From NCBI GenBank assembly GCA_019636275.1, contig JAHBXY010000019.1:8764-72763 (forward strand): 64,000 nucleotides of DNA. Reading direction: 5' to 3'. This DNA comes from Planctomycetota bacterium. GTDB taxonomy: Bacteria > Planctomycetota > J058. The notes beneath the pieces are model-generated. The model saw only the letters and a program-made list of their open reading frames with translations. It ran no database searches and was not told the origin of the DNA. The position numbers and the translations under genes were made by a program. Shown piece by piece: positions 16,970 to 27,709 of this stretch; the first letter of the stretch is position 1, and each line of letters opens with the position of its first letter.

Positions 16970-18167
16970 CATGCGGGTGGGAGTCGTAGGGACCGGCTTC
17001 GTCGCGCGCGGGCTGATCCGCGCGCTGGCGGCCGCCGGGGACGAGTTCACCGTGACGCGGGTCCTGACTCGCCGGGACCCCCGGGGGGTCAGCGGTGTCC
17101 CGCGCGACCTCCTCACCCGCTCGACCGCCGACCTCGTCGAACACGCCGACGTGCTGTTCGAGGCCAGCGGCGACGCCGTGCACGGGACCGACGTCCTGCT
17201 CGAGGCGTTCGCCGCGGGGCGACCCGTCGTCACCATGGACTCGGAGCTCCAGGTGACCACGGGCTCGTGGTTCGCCGCCCGCGGTGTCCTGACCGAGGCC
17301 GACGGCGACCAGCCGGGCTGCCTGGCGCGCCTGGCCGACGAGGCGGTCGGCATGGGCTTCCGCCCGCTCGCCTACCTCAACCTCAAGGGCTTCCTCGACC
17401 CCGACCCCACCCCCGAGTCGATGGCCCACTGGAGCGAGCGGCAGGACCTGCGCCTCGAGCAGACGGTCTCGTTCACGGACGGCTCCAAGCTGCAGGCCGA
17501 GCAGGTCCTCGTCGCCAACGGCCTCGGCGCCTCGATCGCGCGCGAAGGCCTCCTCGGGCCCACGGTCGAGTCGCCGGCCGACGCCGGCGCCCTCGTCGAG
17601 GCGGCGCGCCGCCTGGGCCAGCCGCTGAGCGACTACCTGCTCTGGAGAGGCGGCCCGCCCGGGGTCCTGCTCCTGGCCGACCACCCCGAGGCCGCGGCGC
17701 TGCCCGGCTACCTGCCCTTCTCGCGCCTGTTCGTCGGTGACGACCGCCCCTGCTTCAGCCTCGTGCGCCCGCACCACCTGATCCACCTCGAGGCGGTCCG
17801 CACCCTGCGCGACGTGCGCGACGGCCGCCCGCCGCTGCTCAACAACGGGCCGCGCCCACGCTACGGCCTGGCCGCCGTGACCAAGCGGCCGCTCGCCGCC
17901 GGCGCCGAGATCGAGCGCGGCGTGGGGAGCTTCGACGTGCGCGGCACGGCGGTGCGCCTGGCGGACCGGCCGGACCACGTCCCGGCCACGCTCCTGGCCG
18001 GCGCGCGCGTGCGCGCCGACCTGCCGCGCGGCCACGTCGTGCGCTTCGAGGACGTCGAGCTGCGGCCCTGCGCCGCCCTCGAGCTCTACCGCGAGGTCCT
18101 CGCCCTCGCGCTGCGTCCGGCCGAGCCGGTCGTCCGTCCGGCGACCGACGAGGCGCGCGCCGCATGA
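16970..18167 (+). CDS. NAD(P)-binding Rossmann-fold oxidoreductase (homoserine-dehydrogenase-like/SAF-type)
   Basis: MRVGVVGTGFVARG dinucleotide-binding motif preceded by a GAGGTGGTGA Shine–Dalgarno. Its stop overlaps the start of the next gene (ATGA). Confidence 0.55.
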
Positions 18168-19225
18168 GCGAGCCCGACCTGGTCGTCGCCTGCGTCTCGA
18201 GCCACACCGGCCCCGAGTGGCGCTGGATCGACGCGCGCCTGCGCGCCGAGGGGATCGACTGCCGCTTCCACTACCTCAAGCCCACCGGCGACGGCGCGCC
18301 GCACGGGCGCGAGGCCTGCCGCCAGGCGATCGCCCTGGCCCGCGACACGGGCGGCGTCCTCGTCACCCACGGCGTGCCGGCGGCGCTCGCCTGCGCCACC
18401 CTGCAGCGCCTCTCCCGCGCGCGCGCGCGCCACGTGGCCTGGTCGTGGCACCACCCGACCACGCCGCGCCGCCGCGACCGCTGGCACGCGCGCCTGGTGG
18501 TCGGCGCCGTCGACGCGTTCGTCGTCCACAGCCGCCTCGAGGCGGAGTGGCAGCACGGCCTGCTCGGCATCCCGCCGCGCAAGCTCGAGGTCGTCCCCTG
18601 GCCCTACGAGGAGGGCGACGCCCTGAGCCTGGCCGCCCCGCCGCCGGCGCCTGCCGAGTACGCCTGCATGATCGGCGCCAGCGACCGCGACCTCCCCACG
18701 CTGTTCGCCGCCATGGAGCGCCTCCCCGACGTGCCGCTCGTGATCGCGGTCCGCCCCGAGAACCTCGAGGGCCTGCGCCCGCCCCCCAACGTGCAGGTGC
18801 ACCTGCGCCTCCCCAAGCCGCAGGCCTGGTCGCTGGTCGCCGGCTGCAAGGTGTTCGTCCTGCCGCTCGGGAGCCGCTCCGCCCGCACGGGCCACAGCTG
18901 CCTGGTGCAGGCCATGGCCTTCGGCCGCCCCGTCGTGACCACGGACAGCCTCGGCCTGTGGGAGTACGTGCGCCCCGGCGAGACGGCCCTCGTCGTGCCC
19001 CCGGGCGACCCCGACCGGCTGGCCGAGGCCCTGCGCACCCTGTGGACCGACGCCGCCTGGGCCGCGGCGATCGGCGACGCCGGCCGCGAGCTGGCCGAGA
19101 GCGCCCTCTCGGAGCGGCAGGTGGCGCGCGGCGCCGCCGACCTGCTCCGGCGCCTCGCCGGCCGACCCACGCGCCGGCGGCCGCCGCCCCTCCTGGCGCC
19201 GACGGCGGTCACCAGCGCCTCTTAG
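18164..19225 (+). CDS. glycosyltransferase, family 1 (GT4-like)
   Basis: C-terminal GT-B motif …GFGRPVVTTDS…PGETALVVPPGDPDRLAEAL; its start overlaps the stop of the upstream oxidoreductase. Confidence 0.65.
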   Translation: MSEPDLVVACVSSHTGPEWRWIDARLRAEGIDCRFHYLKPTGDGAPHGREACRQAIALARDTGGVLVTHGVPAALACATLQRLSRARARHVAWSWHHPTTPRRRDRWHARLVVGAVDAFVVHSRLEAEWQHGLLGIPPRKLEVVPWPYEEGDALSLAAPPPAPAEYACMIGASDRDLPTLFAAMERLPDVPLVIAVRPENLEGLRPPPNVQVHLRLPKPQAWSLVAGCKVFVLPLGSRSARTGHSCLVQAMAFGRPVVTTDSLGLWEYVRPGETALVVPPGDPDRLAEALRTLWTDAAWAAAIGDAGRELAESALSERQVARGAADLLRRLAGRPTRRRPPPLLAPTAVTSAS

Positions 19226-19360
19226 CCCGGGGTAGCGAGCGGTCACACCGACGGGCCGCCGTCACACGGCGGAGACGCCTCGCCCGACGACCGCCTCGGC
19301 GCCGCAACGGCTTGCGCGCGGCGCGCGGGTTGCGAGCTCCTCGCGCGACGAGGAGGAGCC

Positions 19361-20212
19361 ATGAAGGCATCCTGGGTGGGTGGAGTGATCGTGGCGCTCG
19401 GCCTGGTGGGGTGCGAGCCGGACCGCAGCAGGTTCGTGGTCGAGCTGCAGCCGGACGGCTCGGGAAGCTTCCGGATGGCCCGCGAGCGCGGCGCCATCGG
19501 CGCCGACGACGCGCTGAAGCCGGCGGCCCTGCGCGCCCTGGCCGAGATCGGCGGCGTGACCGCCTGGACCGACATCGTGGCCGACCGCTCGGAGGGCGGG
19601 GCGCTCGTCGTCGAGGCGCGCGGCTGGTTCGAGGCGCTCGGCGACGTGGGCCTGCCCGGCGGGCACGCGCTCGAGGCGTCCGCGCTGGGCGACGCGCTCG
19701 AGGTCCGCTACCGCGACCCGGTCCCCGACCGCCTGGCGCAGCTCCTCCTCGCCGACCGCGGGCGGGCGCGGGCGGCGCTCGCCAGCGGCGACGAGGACTT
19801 CGCCGCCACGTGCGACCGCATGCGGGGCTTCCTGCGCCTCTGGCTTGCCGGCTGGCGCTTCGAGGTCGAGCTCGCGCTCCCCGGGCCGCTCGAGCAGGTC
19901 CACGGCTTCCACGTCCTCGCCCCCGACCGCGTGGCCCTGCGCCAGGACGTGGGCACGGCGCTCGAGCTCCTCGAGCGCGACCTGCGCGTGGTGGCGGCCG
20001 CCCGCGAGGCGGTGCGCGCGGGCGAGCTGACGCCCGAGGAGGGGTTGGCGCGGGTCGAGGCGGGCCTGGTCACGGCCCGGCCCGTGGTCGCGCGCTGCGT
20101 CGTCCGCCGGCCGCCCCCCGGCCCCGACCCGGCCTTCGAGGCCGCCTTCCAGGACGCGGTCGTCCGCTGGCAGGCGTCCGACTGGCGGAACCTCCTCCCG
20201 CGCCCGAGGTAA
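19361..20212 (+). CDS. hypothetical lipoprotein
   Basis: Signal peptide with a lipobox (VALGLVGC). Confidence 0.5.
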   Translation: MKASWVGGVIVALGLVGCEPDRSRFVVELQPDGSGSFRMARERGAIGADDALKPAALRALAEIGGVTAWTDIVADRSEGGALVVEARGWFEALGDVGLPGGHALEASALGDALEVRYRDPVPDRLAQLLLADRGRARAALASGDEDFAATCDRMRGFLRLWLAGWRFEVELALPGPLEQVHGFHVLAPDRVALRQDVGTALELLERDLRVVAAAREAVRAGELTPEEGLARVEAGLVTARPVVARCVVRRPPPGPDPAFEAAFQDAVVRWQASDWRNLLPRPR

Positions 20213-20252
20213 CCGGAAGGGAGCGCCCAGGCGGCAGGTCGGAACCAAGGCC

Positions 20253-23200
20253 TTGCGGAGCTTCCGCGGTCGCGACGAAGATGGCCGGGGACCGCCCGTG
20301 CACCTCGCCCGGGGGCACCCGGGAGCGCGGTTGACCGAGCCCAGGCCTGAGCCCGTCGTAGAGGACGCCGCGAGCGCCGCGCGCCCGGCTGATCGGCCCG
20401 GACTCGCCCAGGTCGCCGGCGCGCTGGCCGACGCGGCGACCCTCGAGGCCGTCATCGAGGCGCTCGCGCCGGGCGCGCTCGGCGTGCGGGCCGTCGCCCT
20501 GTTCTGCCTGGCCTCCGACGGCGAGGCGCTCGAGCGCCTGACGGGCGCCGAGGCGGACGAGCGCGCGCTCGCCGCCGCGGCCCTGCGCGACGGAGGCCCG
20601 CGCGCGACGACGCCGCCGGCGCGGCGCTGCCGCTGCGCGCCGGCGGCCAGTCGTGGGCGCCCTCGTCGCGACCCCGACGGCCGCCTGACCGCGCCGCGCT
20701 CGTCGCCCCCTGCCGCCCTCGTCGGCCAGGCGCTCGAGCGGGCGCGCCTCGCCGGGGCGGCGGCGCGGGCGGAGGCGACCGCGCAGCAGCGGCAGCGCGA
20801 GGCCGAGCTCCTCCTGCGCGTGTCCGACGCCGTCGGCCGGGCCGACACCCTGGACGAGGTCCTCGAGCCGGCGCTCGACGCGGTGTGCGTGGCCCTGCGC
20901 GTCGACCGCGCCGCGGTGCTCATCGGCGACGACGCCGGCGTCATGCGCTTCCGCGCCTGGCGCGGCCTGTCCGACGGCTACCGGCGCGCCGTCGAGGGCC
21001 ACTCCCCCTGGCGCGTCGGCGACCCCGACCCGCGCCCTCTCTTCGTGCCCGACGCCGACGCCGACGCCGACCTCGCGGCCTACCGCCCCCTCCTGCGCGC
21101 CGAGGAGGTGGCCGCGCTGGGGTTCGTCCCCCTCGTCGCGCAGCGGCGCCTCCTGGGCAAGCTCATGGTCTACGCGCGCGCGCCGCGGGCCTTCTCCGAG
21201 CACGACGACCGGCTCGCCCGGGCGGTGGCGGCGCAGGTGGCGCAGGCGATCCGCCGGACGGAGCTCCTCGCCTCGGAGCGGCGCGAGCGCGACCTCGCCC
21301 GCCGCCTCGCCGACCAGGCGAGCCGCCTCCAGGCCGTCACGGCCGCCCTGTCGACCGCCTCGAGCGTGAGCGACGTGGCCGCCGTCATCGTGATCCAGGG
21401 GGCGGCGGCCGCCGGCGCGGCGACCGCCGGCCTGTGGCTCCTCGACGAGGCCGACGCCGCCCTCGAGCTGACGAGCCAGCAGAACTTCAGCGCCGCGGCC
21501 GACGCGTTCCGCCGCCTCCCGCTCGACCATCCGCGACCCGTGCCCGTGCTCGACGCCGTGCGCAGGGGCGAGGCGGTGTTCCTCGAGGACCGGCGCGCCT
21601 TCGCCGCCCGCTACCCCGACATCGAGCGCGTGGCCGCGCCGCGGCCCGAGCTGGCCATCGCCGCCCTGCCCCTGCTCGTCGGCGGCTGCGTGGGGGCGCT
21701 CGCCCTCACCTTCGACGAGGCGCGCGCGTTCACGTCCGACGAGCGGCACGCCCTCCTGCTCCTCGCCCGGCACTGCGCCCAGGCGATCGGCCGCGCGCGG
21801 CTGTTCGACCTCGAGGCGCGCGCCCGGGCCGAGGCCGAGGCGGCGCAGCAGCGCACCTCGTTCTTGCTCACCGCCAGCGCCCTGCTCGCCTCGTCGCTCG
21901 ACTTCGAGGAGACGCTGCGGCGCCTGCCCCGCCTGGCCGTCCCGCGCGTGGCCGACGGCTTCGCGGTCGAGCTGGCGACGGAGCGCGGGCGGTCCGCCCA
22001 GCCGCTCGCCCTGGCCCACGTCGATCCGGAGCGGATGGCGGCGCTCCAGGAGCTGCGCCGGCGCTGGCCGCCGGACCCGGACGCGCCCCACGGCGCGCCG
22101 CGGGTGATCCGCACCGGCCGCTCGGCGCTGTACGCGGTCGTCGACGACGCGCTGCTGAACGAGGTCGCGGTCGACGCCGAGCACCTGCGCGCGCTGCGGA
22201 CCGTCGGCATCGCCTCGGCGCTCATCGTCCCCATGGAGGCGCGCGGGCGGACCTACGGCGCGCTCGCGTTCTACTCGGGGGCGCCGGGCCGCTTCGGCGA
22301 GCAGGACCTGCAGCTCGCCGAGCTCCTCGGGCGGCGCGCCGGGATCGCGATCGACAACGCGCTGCTCTACCGCACCGCGCAGGCGGCGGTCCGCGCCCGC
22401 GAGAAGGTCCTGGCGGTCGTGTCGCACGACCTGCGGGGGCCGCTGCAGGTCGTCCAGATGGGCGCGGCCGCCCTGCAGCGGGTCGAGCCCGCGCCGCCGG
22501 TCGTGCGCCGGACGTCCGGGTCGATCCTGCGCGCCGGCGAGCGCATGTCGCGCCTGATCGAGGACCTGCTCGACTTCACCGGGATCCAGGGCGACCGCCT
22601 GGCGATCGCGGCGGGCCCGTGCCGGGCCGAGGAGGTCGTCGCGGCGACGCTCGAGACGTTCGCCGCCCTGGCGAGCGAGCGCGGCGTGCGCCTCGCGGCG
22701 GACGTCGCGCCCGACTTGCCAGGGCTCCACGCCGACCGCGACCGCCTGATCCAGGCCCTGGGCAACCTGGTCTCGAACGCCGTGCGGGTGACCCCCGAGG
22801 GCGGGCGCGTCGTGGTGCGGGCCCGCGCGGAGGGCGGCGAGCTCGCGCTCGCGGTCGAGGACACGGGGCCGGGCCTCGACCCGCGCGAGGTCGCGCGCCT
22901 GTTCGAGCCGTTCTGGCGGGGCGAGCAGGTCCGCTACAAGGGCACCGGGCTGGGCCTGGCGATCGCCAAGGCGATCGCCGAGGGCCACGGCGGCCGGATC
23001 TCGGCCGACGGCCGGCCAGGGGCGGGGAGCACGTTCACGCTCGCGGTGCCGCTCCAGGCCAGGCCGCAGCCTTCGAAGGCCGGCGATCGGGCGGCCAGGC
23101 CGTGGGACGACGGCCTGGGCGCGGCGCCCGCGATCGACGTCGGGACCCCCGAGGAGGCGCCGCGCCGGCATCACGACCTGTTCATGCAGACGCCGGCGCC

Positions 23201-24689
23201 GATCTGCATCCTGCGCGGCCACGACCTCGTGTTCGAGCTCGCCAACGGCTCGTTCCTCGCCGCGACCAGCCGGCGCGACGTCGTCGGGCGGCGGCTCCTC
23301 GACGCCTTTCCGGAGCTCGCGGGGCAGGGCCTCGACGAGCTGTTCCGGGACGTCCTGCGCAGCGGCAGCCCCTACGTCGGCGACGAGCTCCTCCTGCGGC
23401 TGGACCGGACCGGGACCGGCGCGCTCGAGGACTCCTACTGGTCGATCAGCCTCTCGCCCCTGCGCGACGGGGGGCGCGCCGACCGCGTCGTGGCGATCGG
23501 CTTCGACCGCACGGCGCAGGTCCGCCAGCGGCGGGAGCTCGAGCTCGCTCGAGGCCGGGCCGAGGCCGCCAGCCGGGCCAAGGACGAGTTCTTCGCCGTG
23601 CTCGGCCACGAGCTGCGCAACCCGATCGCCCCGATCGTCACCGCGCTCCAGCTCATGCGCCTGCGCCCGGACGCGCCGTTCGCCCGCGAGCGCGCCCTCA
23701 TCGAGCGGCAGGTCGGGCACGTCAAGCGGCTCGTCGACGACCTCCTCGACGTGTCGCGCCTGGCGCGCGGCAAGGTCACGCTCGCCCGCCGGCCGGTCGA
23801 CCTGGCGCGCGCCCTGGCCCGCGCCGTCGACGCGGCCGCGCCGCTGCTCGAGGAGCGGCGCCACCGGCTCGCCATGGACGTCCCGGCGGCGGCGAGCCTC
23901 GTCGTCCTGGGCGACGAGGACCGCCTCGTGCAGGTCGCGGCCAGCCTGCTCACGAACGCGGCCCAGCACATGGACCAGGGCGGGACGGTCCGCCTGGCCG
24001 CCCGGCGGGCGGGCGACGAGGTCACGTTCACCGTCACCGACGACGGGCCCGGGATCGAGGCCGCCCTCCTCCCGCGCGTGTTCGAGCCGTTCGTGCAGGG
24101 GCGCCGGCCGGACGACCGCGTCCAGGGGGGGCTCGGCCTCGGGCTGTCGATCGTGCGCAGCCTGGTCGAGCTGCACGGCGGGACCGTCGCGGCGGCGAGC
24201 CCCGGCCGCGGGCAGGGGAGCGCCTTCACGGTCGCGTTGCCCGCCGCGCCGGCCGAGGAGGCGGCGGCCGGACCGGACCGGGCGGCGCCCGCCGCGCGCG
24301 CGCGCCGGGTCCTCGTCGTCGACGACAACCGCGACGCGGCGGACCTGCTGGCCGAGGCCCTGACCGCCCTCGGCCACGAGGCGCGGCGGGCGTTCGACGC
24401 GCCGTCGGCCCTCGAGGTCGCCGCCGAGTTCGCGCCGGAGGTGGCCCTCCTCGACCTCGGGCTGCCGATCATGAACGGCTGGGAGCTGGCGCGCCGCCTG
24501 CGCGAGCTGCCGGCCTGCCGCGGCGCGCGCCTGTTCGCGGTCACCGGCTACGGCCTCGACGCCGACGTCGAGCGCTCGCGCGAGGCCGGGTTCGAGCGGC
24601 ACTTCGTCAAGCCGGTCGACCTCGAGGTCATCGTCGAGGCCATCGAGGAGGCCGTCGACGCGGGGCCCATCCCCGCGCCGACCGCGTGA
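20253..24689 (+). CDS. hybrid sensor histidine kinase with GAF domains, PAS domain, two complete HisKA+HATPase transmitter modules and a C-terminal receiver
   Basis: First H-box VVSHDLRGPL with G-box GTGLGLAIAK. Second H-box VLGHELRNPI with GGLGLGLSIV. C-terminal REC RVLVVDDNRD…ALLDLGLP…KP. Confidence 0.85.
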   Translation: MRSFRGRDEDGRGPPVHLARGHPGARLTEPRPEPVVEDAASAARPADRPGLAQVAGALADAATLEAVIEALAPGALGVRAVALFCLASDGEALERLTGAEADERALAAAALRDGGPRATTPPARRCRCAPAASRGRPRRDPDGRLTAPRSSPPAALVGQALERARLAGAAARAEATAQQRQREAELLLRVSDAVGRADTLDEVLEPALDAVCVALRVDRAAVLIGDDAGVMRFRAWRGLSDGYRRAVEGHSPWRVGDPDPRPLFVPDADADADLAAYRPLLRAEEVAALGFVPLVAQRRLLGKLMVYARAPRAFSEHDDRLARAVAAQVAQAIRRTELLASERRERDLARRLADQASRLQAVTAALSTASSVSDVAAVIVIQGAAAAGAATAGLWLLDEADAALELTSQQNFSAAADAFRRLPLDHPRPVPVLDAVRRGEAVFLEDRRAFAARYPDIERVAAPRPELAIAALPLLVGGCVGALALTFDEARAFTSDERHALLLLARHCAQAIGRARLFDLEARARAEAEAAQQRTSFLLTASALLASSLDFEETLRRLPRLAVPRVADGFAVELATERGRSAQPLALAHVDPERMAALQELRRRWPPDPDAPHGAPRVIRTGRSALYAVVDDALLNEVAVDAEHLRALRTVGIASALIVPMEARGRTYGALAFYSGAPGRFGEQDLQLAELLGRRAGIAIDNALLYRTAQAAVRAREKVLAVVSHDLRGPLQVVQMGAAALQRVEPAPPVVRRTSGSILRAGERMSRLIEDLLDFTGIQGDRLAIAAGPCRAEEVVAATLETFAALASERGVRLAADVAPDLPGLHADRDRLIQALGNLVSNAVRVTPEGGRVVVRARAEGGELALAVEDTGPGLDPREVARLFEPFWRGEQVRYKGTGLGLAIAKAIAEGHGGRISADGRPGAGSTFTLAVPLQARPQPSKAGDRAARPWDDGLGAAPAIDVGTPEEAPRRHHDLFMQTPAPICILRGHDLVFELANGSFLAATSRRDVVGRRLLDAFPELAGQGLDELFRDVLRSGSPYVGDELLLRLDRTGTGALEDSYWSISLSPLRDGGRADRVVAIGFDRTAQVRQRRELELARGRAEAASRAKDEFFAVLGHELRNPIAPIVTALQLMRLRPDAPFARERALIERQVGHVKRLVDDLLDVSRLARGKVTLARRPVDLARALARAVDAAAPLLEERRHRLAMDVPAAASLVVLGDEDRLVQVAASLLTNAAQHMDQGGTVRLAARRAGDEVTFTVTDDGPGIEAALLPRVFEPFVQGRRPDDRVQGGLGLGLSIVRSLVELHGGTVAAASPGRGQGSAFTVALPAAPAEEAAAGPDRAAPAARARRVLVVDDNRDAADLLAEALTALGHEARRAFDAPSALEVAAEFAPEVALLDLGLPIMNGWELARRLRELPACRGARLFAVTGYGLDADVERSREAGFERHFVKPVDLEVIVEAIEEAVDAGPIPAPTA

Positions 24690-24870
24690 CCCGGCGCCAC
24701 GCCCGGGCCGCTCACTGGACGCCTCGGGCGCTCACAGGCGACCTCGGCCGGGGGCAGGCCACGACCCCGGGTCGATGCGACCCGAGCACGCTCGTCGAGC
24801 ACGTCGAGCACGGCGCGCGGGCGTCGCGACGGGTGGCGCCCGCCGCGGCCGGGCGCCATCGTGCTGGTGC

Positions 24871-27641
24871 TTGAGCGACGGCGACACGACGAAGCGGGAC
24901 GCGAGGGTCCTCCCCCTGCCCGGCGACACGCTCCAGGGCGCGTCGCTGCTCCCGCTGCCGCGCCCGGGCGAGCTCTCCGTGACCGCGCTCGACGGCCCCC
25001 CCGCGCCGGCCGCCCCGGCGCCCGCCGCCCGGCGCCTCGGCGCCTACGAGGTCGAGCGCGAGCTGGCCCGCGGCGGCATGGGCGTCGTCTACGCGGCGCG
25101 CAGCCTGCGCCTCGGCCGGCGCGTCGCGCTCAAGGTGCTCCAGGCGGGCGCCTTCGCCGACGCCGAGGAGGTCGAGCGGTTCCTGCTCGAGGCGCGGGCG
25201 GTGGCGCGGCTGCGGCACCCCAACATCGTCGCCGTTCACGAGGTCGACCGCGACGGCGCCACCTGGTTCCTGGCCATGGACCTGATCGAGGGCGGCTCGC
25301 TCCGCGGGCGGGTCCTGCGCGACGGCCCGCTCCCCCTGCGGCAGGCGGCGGCGCTCGCGCGCGACGTGGCGCGGGCGCTGCACCACGCGCACGAGCGGGG
25401 GATCGTCCACCGCGACGTCAAGCCCCACAACGTGCTCCTGGACGCCGCGGGGACCCCCTACGTGGCGGACTTCGGCCTGGCGAAGGAGGTCGGGCGTGAC
25501 GGGTCGGGGCTGACGGTCACGGGGCAGGTCGTGGGCACGCCCGCCTACATGCCGCCCGAGCAGGCGCAGGGCGACCTGGCGCGCATCGACCGGCGCAGCG
25601 ACGTCTACTCGCTCGGGGCCACCCTCTTCGAGCTGCTCACCGGGCGCCCGCCCTTCGCTGCGTCGAACGCGGTGGCGCTCCTCCGCGCCGTCCTGGAGGA
25701 CGAGCCGCCGGCGCCGTCGACGGTCCGACCCGAGGTCGACCGCGACCTGGAGACGATCGTCCTCACCTGCCTGGCCAAGGACGGGGCGCGGCGCTACGAC
25801 ACGTGCGCGCTGCTGGCGGAGGACCTGGACCGCTGGCTCGCGGACGAGCCGATCGCGGCGCGGCGGCCTGGCGCGCTCGAGCGCGCGGCCCGCTGGCGCG
25901 GCAGGCGGCCCGGCCTCGTCGCGGTCGTGCTGGCGGCGCCGCTGGTGGTCGGCGCCGTGGCCGGCGGCAGCGGTCGCGGCGTGCCGGCGGCGGCGCGGAG
26001 CAGGCCGGGTCGCCTGGCCGTCGAGGCCGCCGCGAGGGGGCCCTGGCTGTGGCGGTCGCGCCCGACCAGCGGGTGGCGCGGGCGCAGGACCTGCTCGACG
26101 CGGCGCGGCGCTGGCTCGAGGTCGAGCCCGGCGACCGCTCGCGGCGGGCCGTGACGGACGCCGCGCTCGGGCTGGGCGACCTCGCGCGCGCGGCGGGCGA
26201 CTGGAGCCGGGCCGGCGACGCGTACGCCCACGCCGGCGCCGCAGGCCTCGAGTCCGTGCGCGCGGCGGCCGCGGTGCGGTGGTGCGGCCATCTCTCGTCC
26301 GCGCGGGCGGCCGAGGCCCGGGGCGAGCCGCTCGAGGCGCTGGCGGCGCTGGACAGCGCGCTGGCGCTCGACCTGGGCTGGCCCGAGGCGTACCTGGAGC
26401 GCGCCCGCGTGCTGCGCGACATCGGGTCGGGCCTGACCGCCCTGCGCGAGTTCGACCGCTACCTGGCGCAGCGGCCCGACGACCTGCGCGCGCTGGTGGA
26501 GCGGGCGTCGGCGCGCGACCTCTCGTCATGGCGCGAGGCGCTGGCGGACCTGGACCGCGCGATCGCCCTGCGGCCCGACGCGGCCTGGCTGCGGCTCAAG
26601 CGCGCCGAGGTCCTCATCCGGGCGGGGCAGCTGCGCGAGGCCATCGACGACGCTCGCCGGGCCGTCGCGCTGGCGCCGGCGTGGGGCGAGGCCTGGGGCG
26701 GGCTCGGCTGGATGCTCATGCGGCTCGACGAGGTCGACGAGGCGTCGGCGGCGCTCGAGCGAGGGGTCGCGCTGGCGCCGGAGGTGGTCCGGCTGCGGCA
26801 CTGGCTGGCGGAGTGCCACCTGCGGCGCCGGGACCCGCGGGCGGTCGTCGAGGCCGAGCGCGCGCTGGCGCTGCTGCCGGAGGACATCCCCGCCCGGCTG
26901 GTGCTGGCGGCGGCCAGCCTGCGGCTCGAGGGCGACGCCGCGCGCGCCCGCCGCGAGCTCGAGGCGGTCCTGCGCGCCTCGCCCAGGCAGCCGGAGGCGC
27001 TCGCGCTCCTGGCCGAGGCGCTGCAGGTGGAGGGGGACCTGCCCCGCGCGCGGGCGCGCGCGGAGGAGGCGCTCGCCGTCGACCCGGCGAACGTCACGGC
27101 GCTCCTGATGCGGGCGCAGGGGCGGGTGCGCGAGCACGACCTGGCGGGCGCCCGCGCGGACGCGGGGCGCGTCCTGGAGCTCGCCCCCGGCCGGGCCGAG
27201 GCGTGGCTCGTGCTCGCGGCCATCGAGCGTCTGGAGGGAGCTCCGGGGGCCGCCCTCGCGGCCAGCGCCCGGGCGGCGGCCGCCGCCCCGCGCCACGGCA
27301 AGGTGCGGCTGGAGGTGGGGGTGATCCACGCCGAGCTGGGCCAGGCGCGCGCGGCCCTGGCCCACTTCGACGCCGCGCTGGAGCTCGGCGAGCGGCAGGC
27401 GCACGTGGGGCGCGGCGTGGCGCGCCTCCAGCTCGGGGAGCTGGACGCGGCCCTGGCCGATGCCGAGGCCGGCCTCGCGGCGGGCGACCCATCCGGGCTC
27501 CTCCTCCGGGCCATGGTCCATGGCGCGCGCCGCGACTTCGCCCGCGCGCGCGCCGACGCCGCGGCCTTCCTGCGCGAGGTTCCGGACGACCACCCCCACG
27601 CCGCGAAGGCGCGCGAGCTGCTCGAACGCTGGGGGCGCTGA
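24871..27641 (+). CDS. Ser/Thr protein kinase – TM – TPR protein; frame changes between the TM segment and the TPR domain (about 25990–26050)
   Basis: Kinase motifs (ARGGMGVVY, ALKVL, HRDVKPHNVL, DFGLAK, AYMPPE) and TM (GLVAVVLAAPLVVGAVAGG) are in frame 1 (start TTG 24871, alternative GTG 24979). At least ten TPR-like repeats are in the frame of ORF 25803..27641. Confidence 0.65.
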
Positions 27642-27709
27642 CGCGCGTCAGCGGCAGCGAGACGACCCCGCGCCGCTGGTGGACGACGACGACGGTCGCG
27701 CGGCGCCCG

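Noticed and set aside
20070-24874. 1510-aa antisense ORF and 1329-aa alternative-frame ORF over the hybrid histidine kinase
   Set aside because: The histidine kinase frame carries all the H/N/G-box and receiver motifs; the others are composition artefacts.
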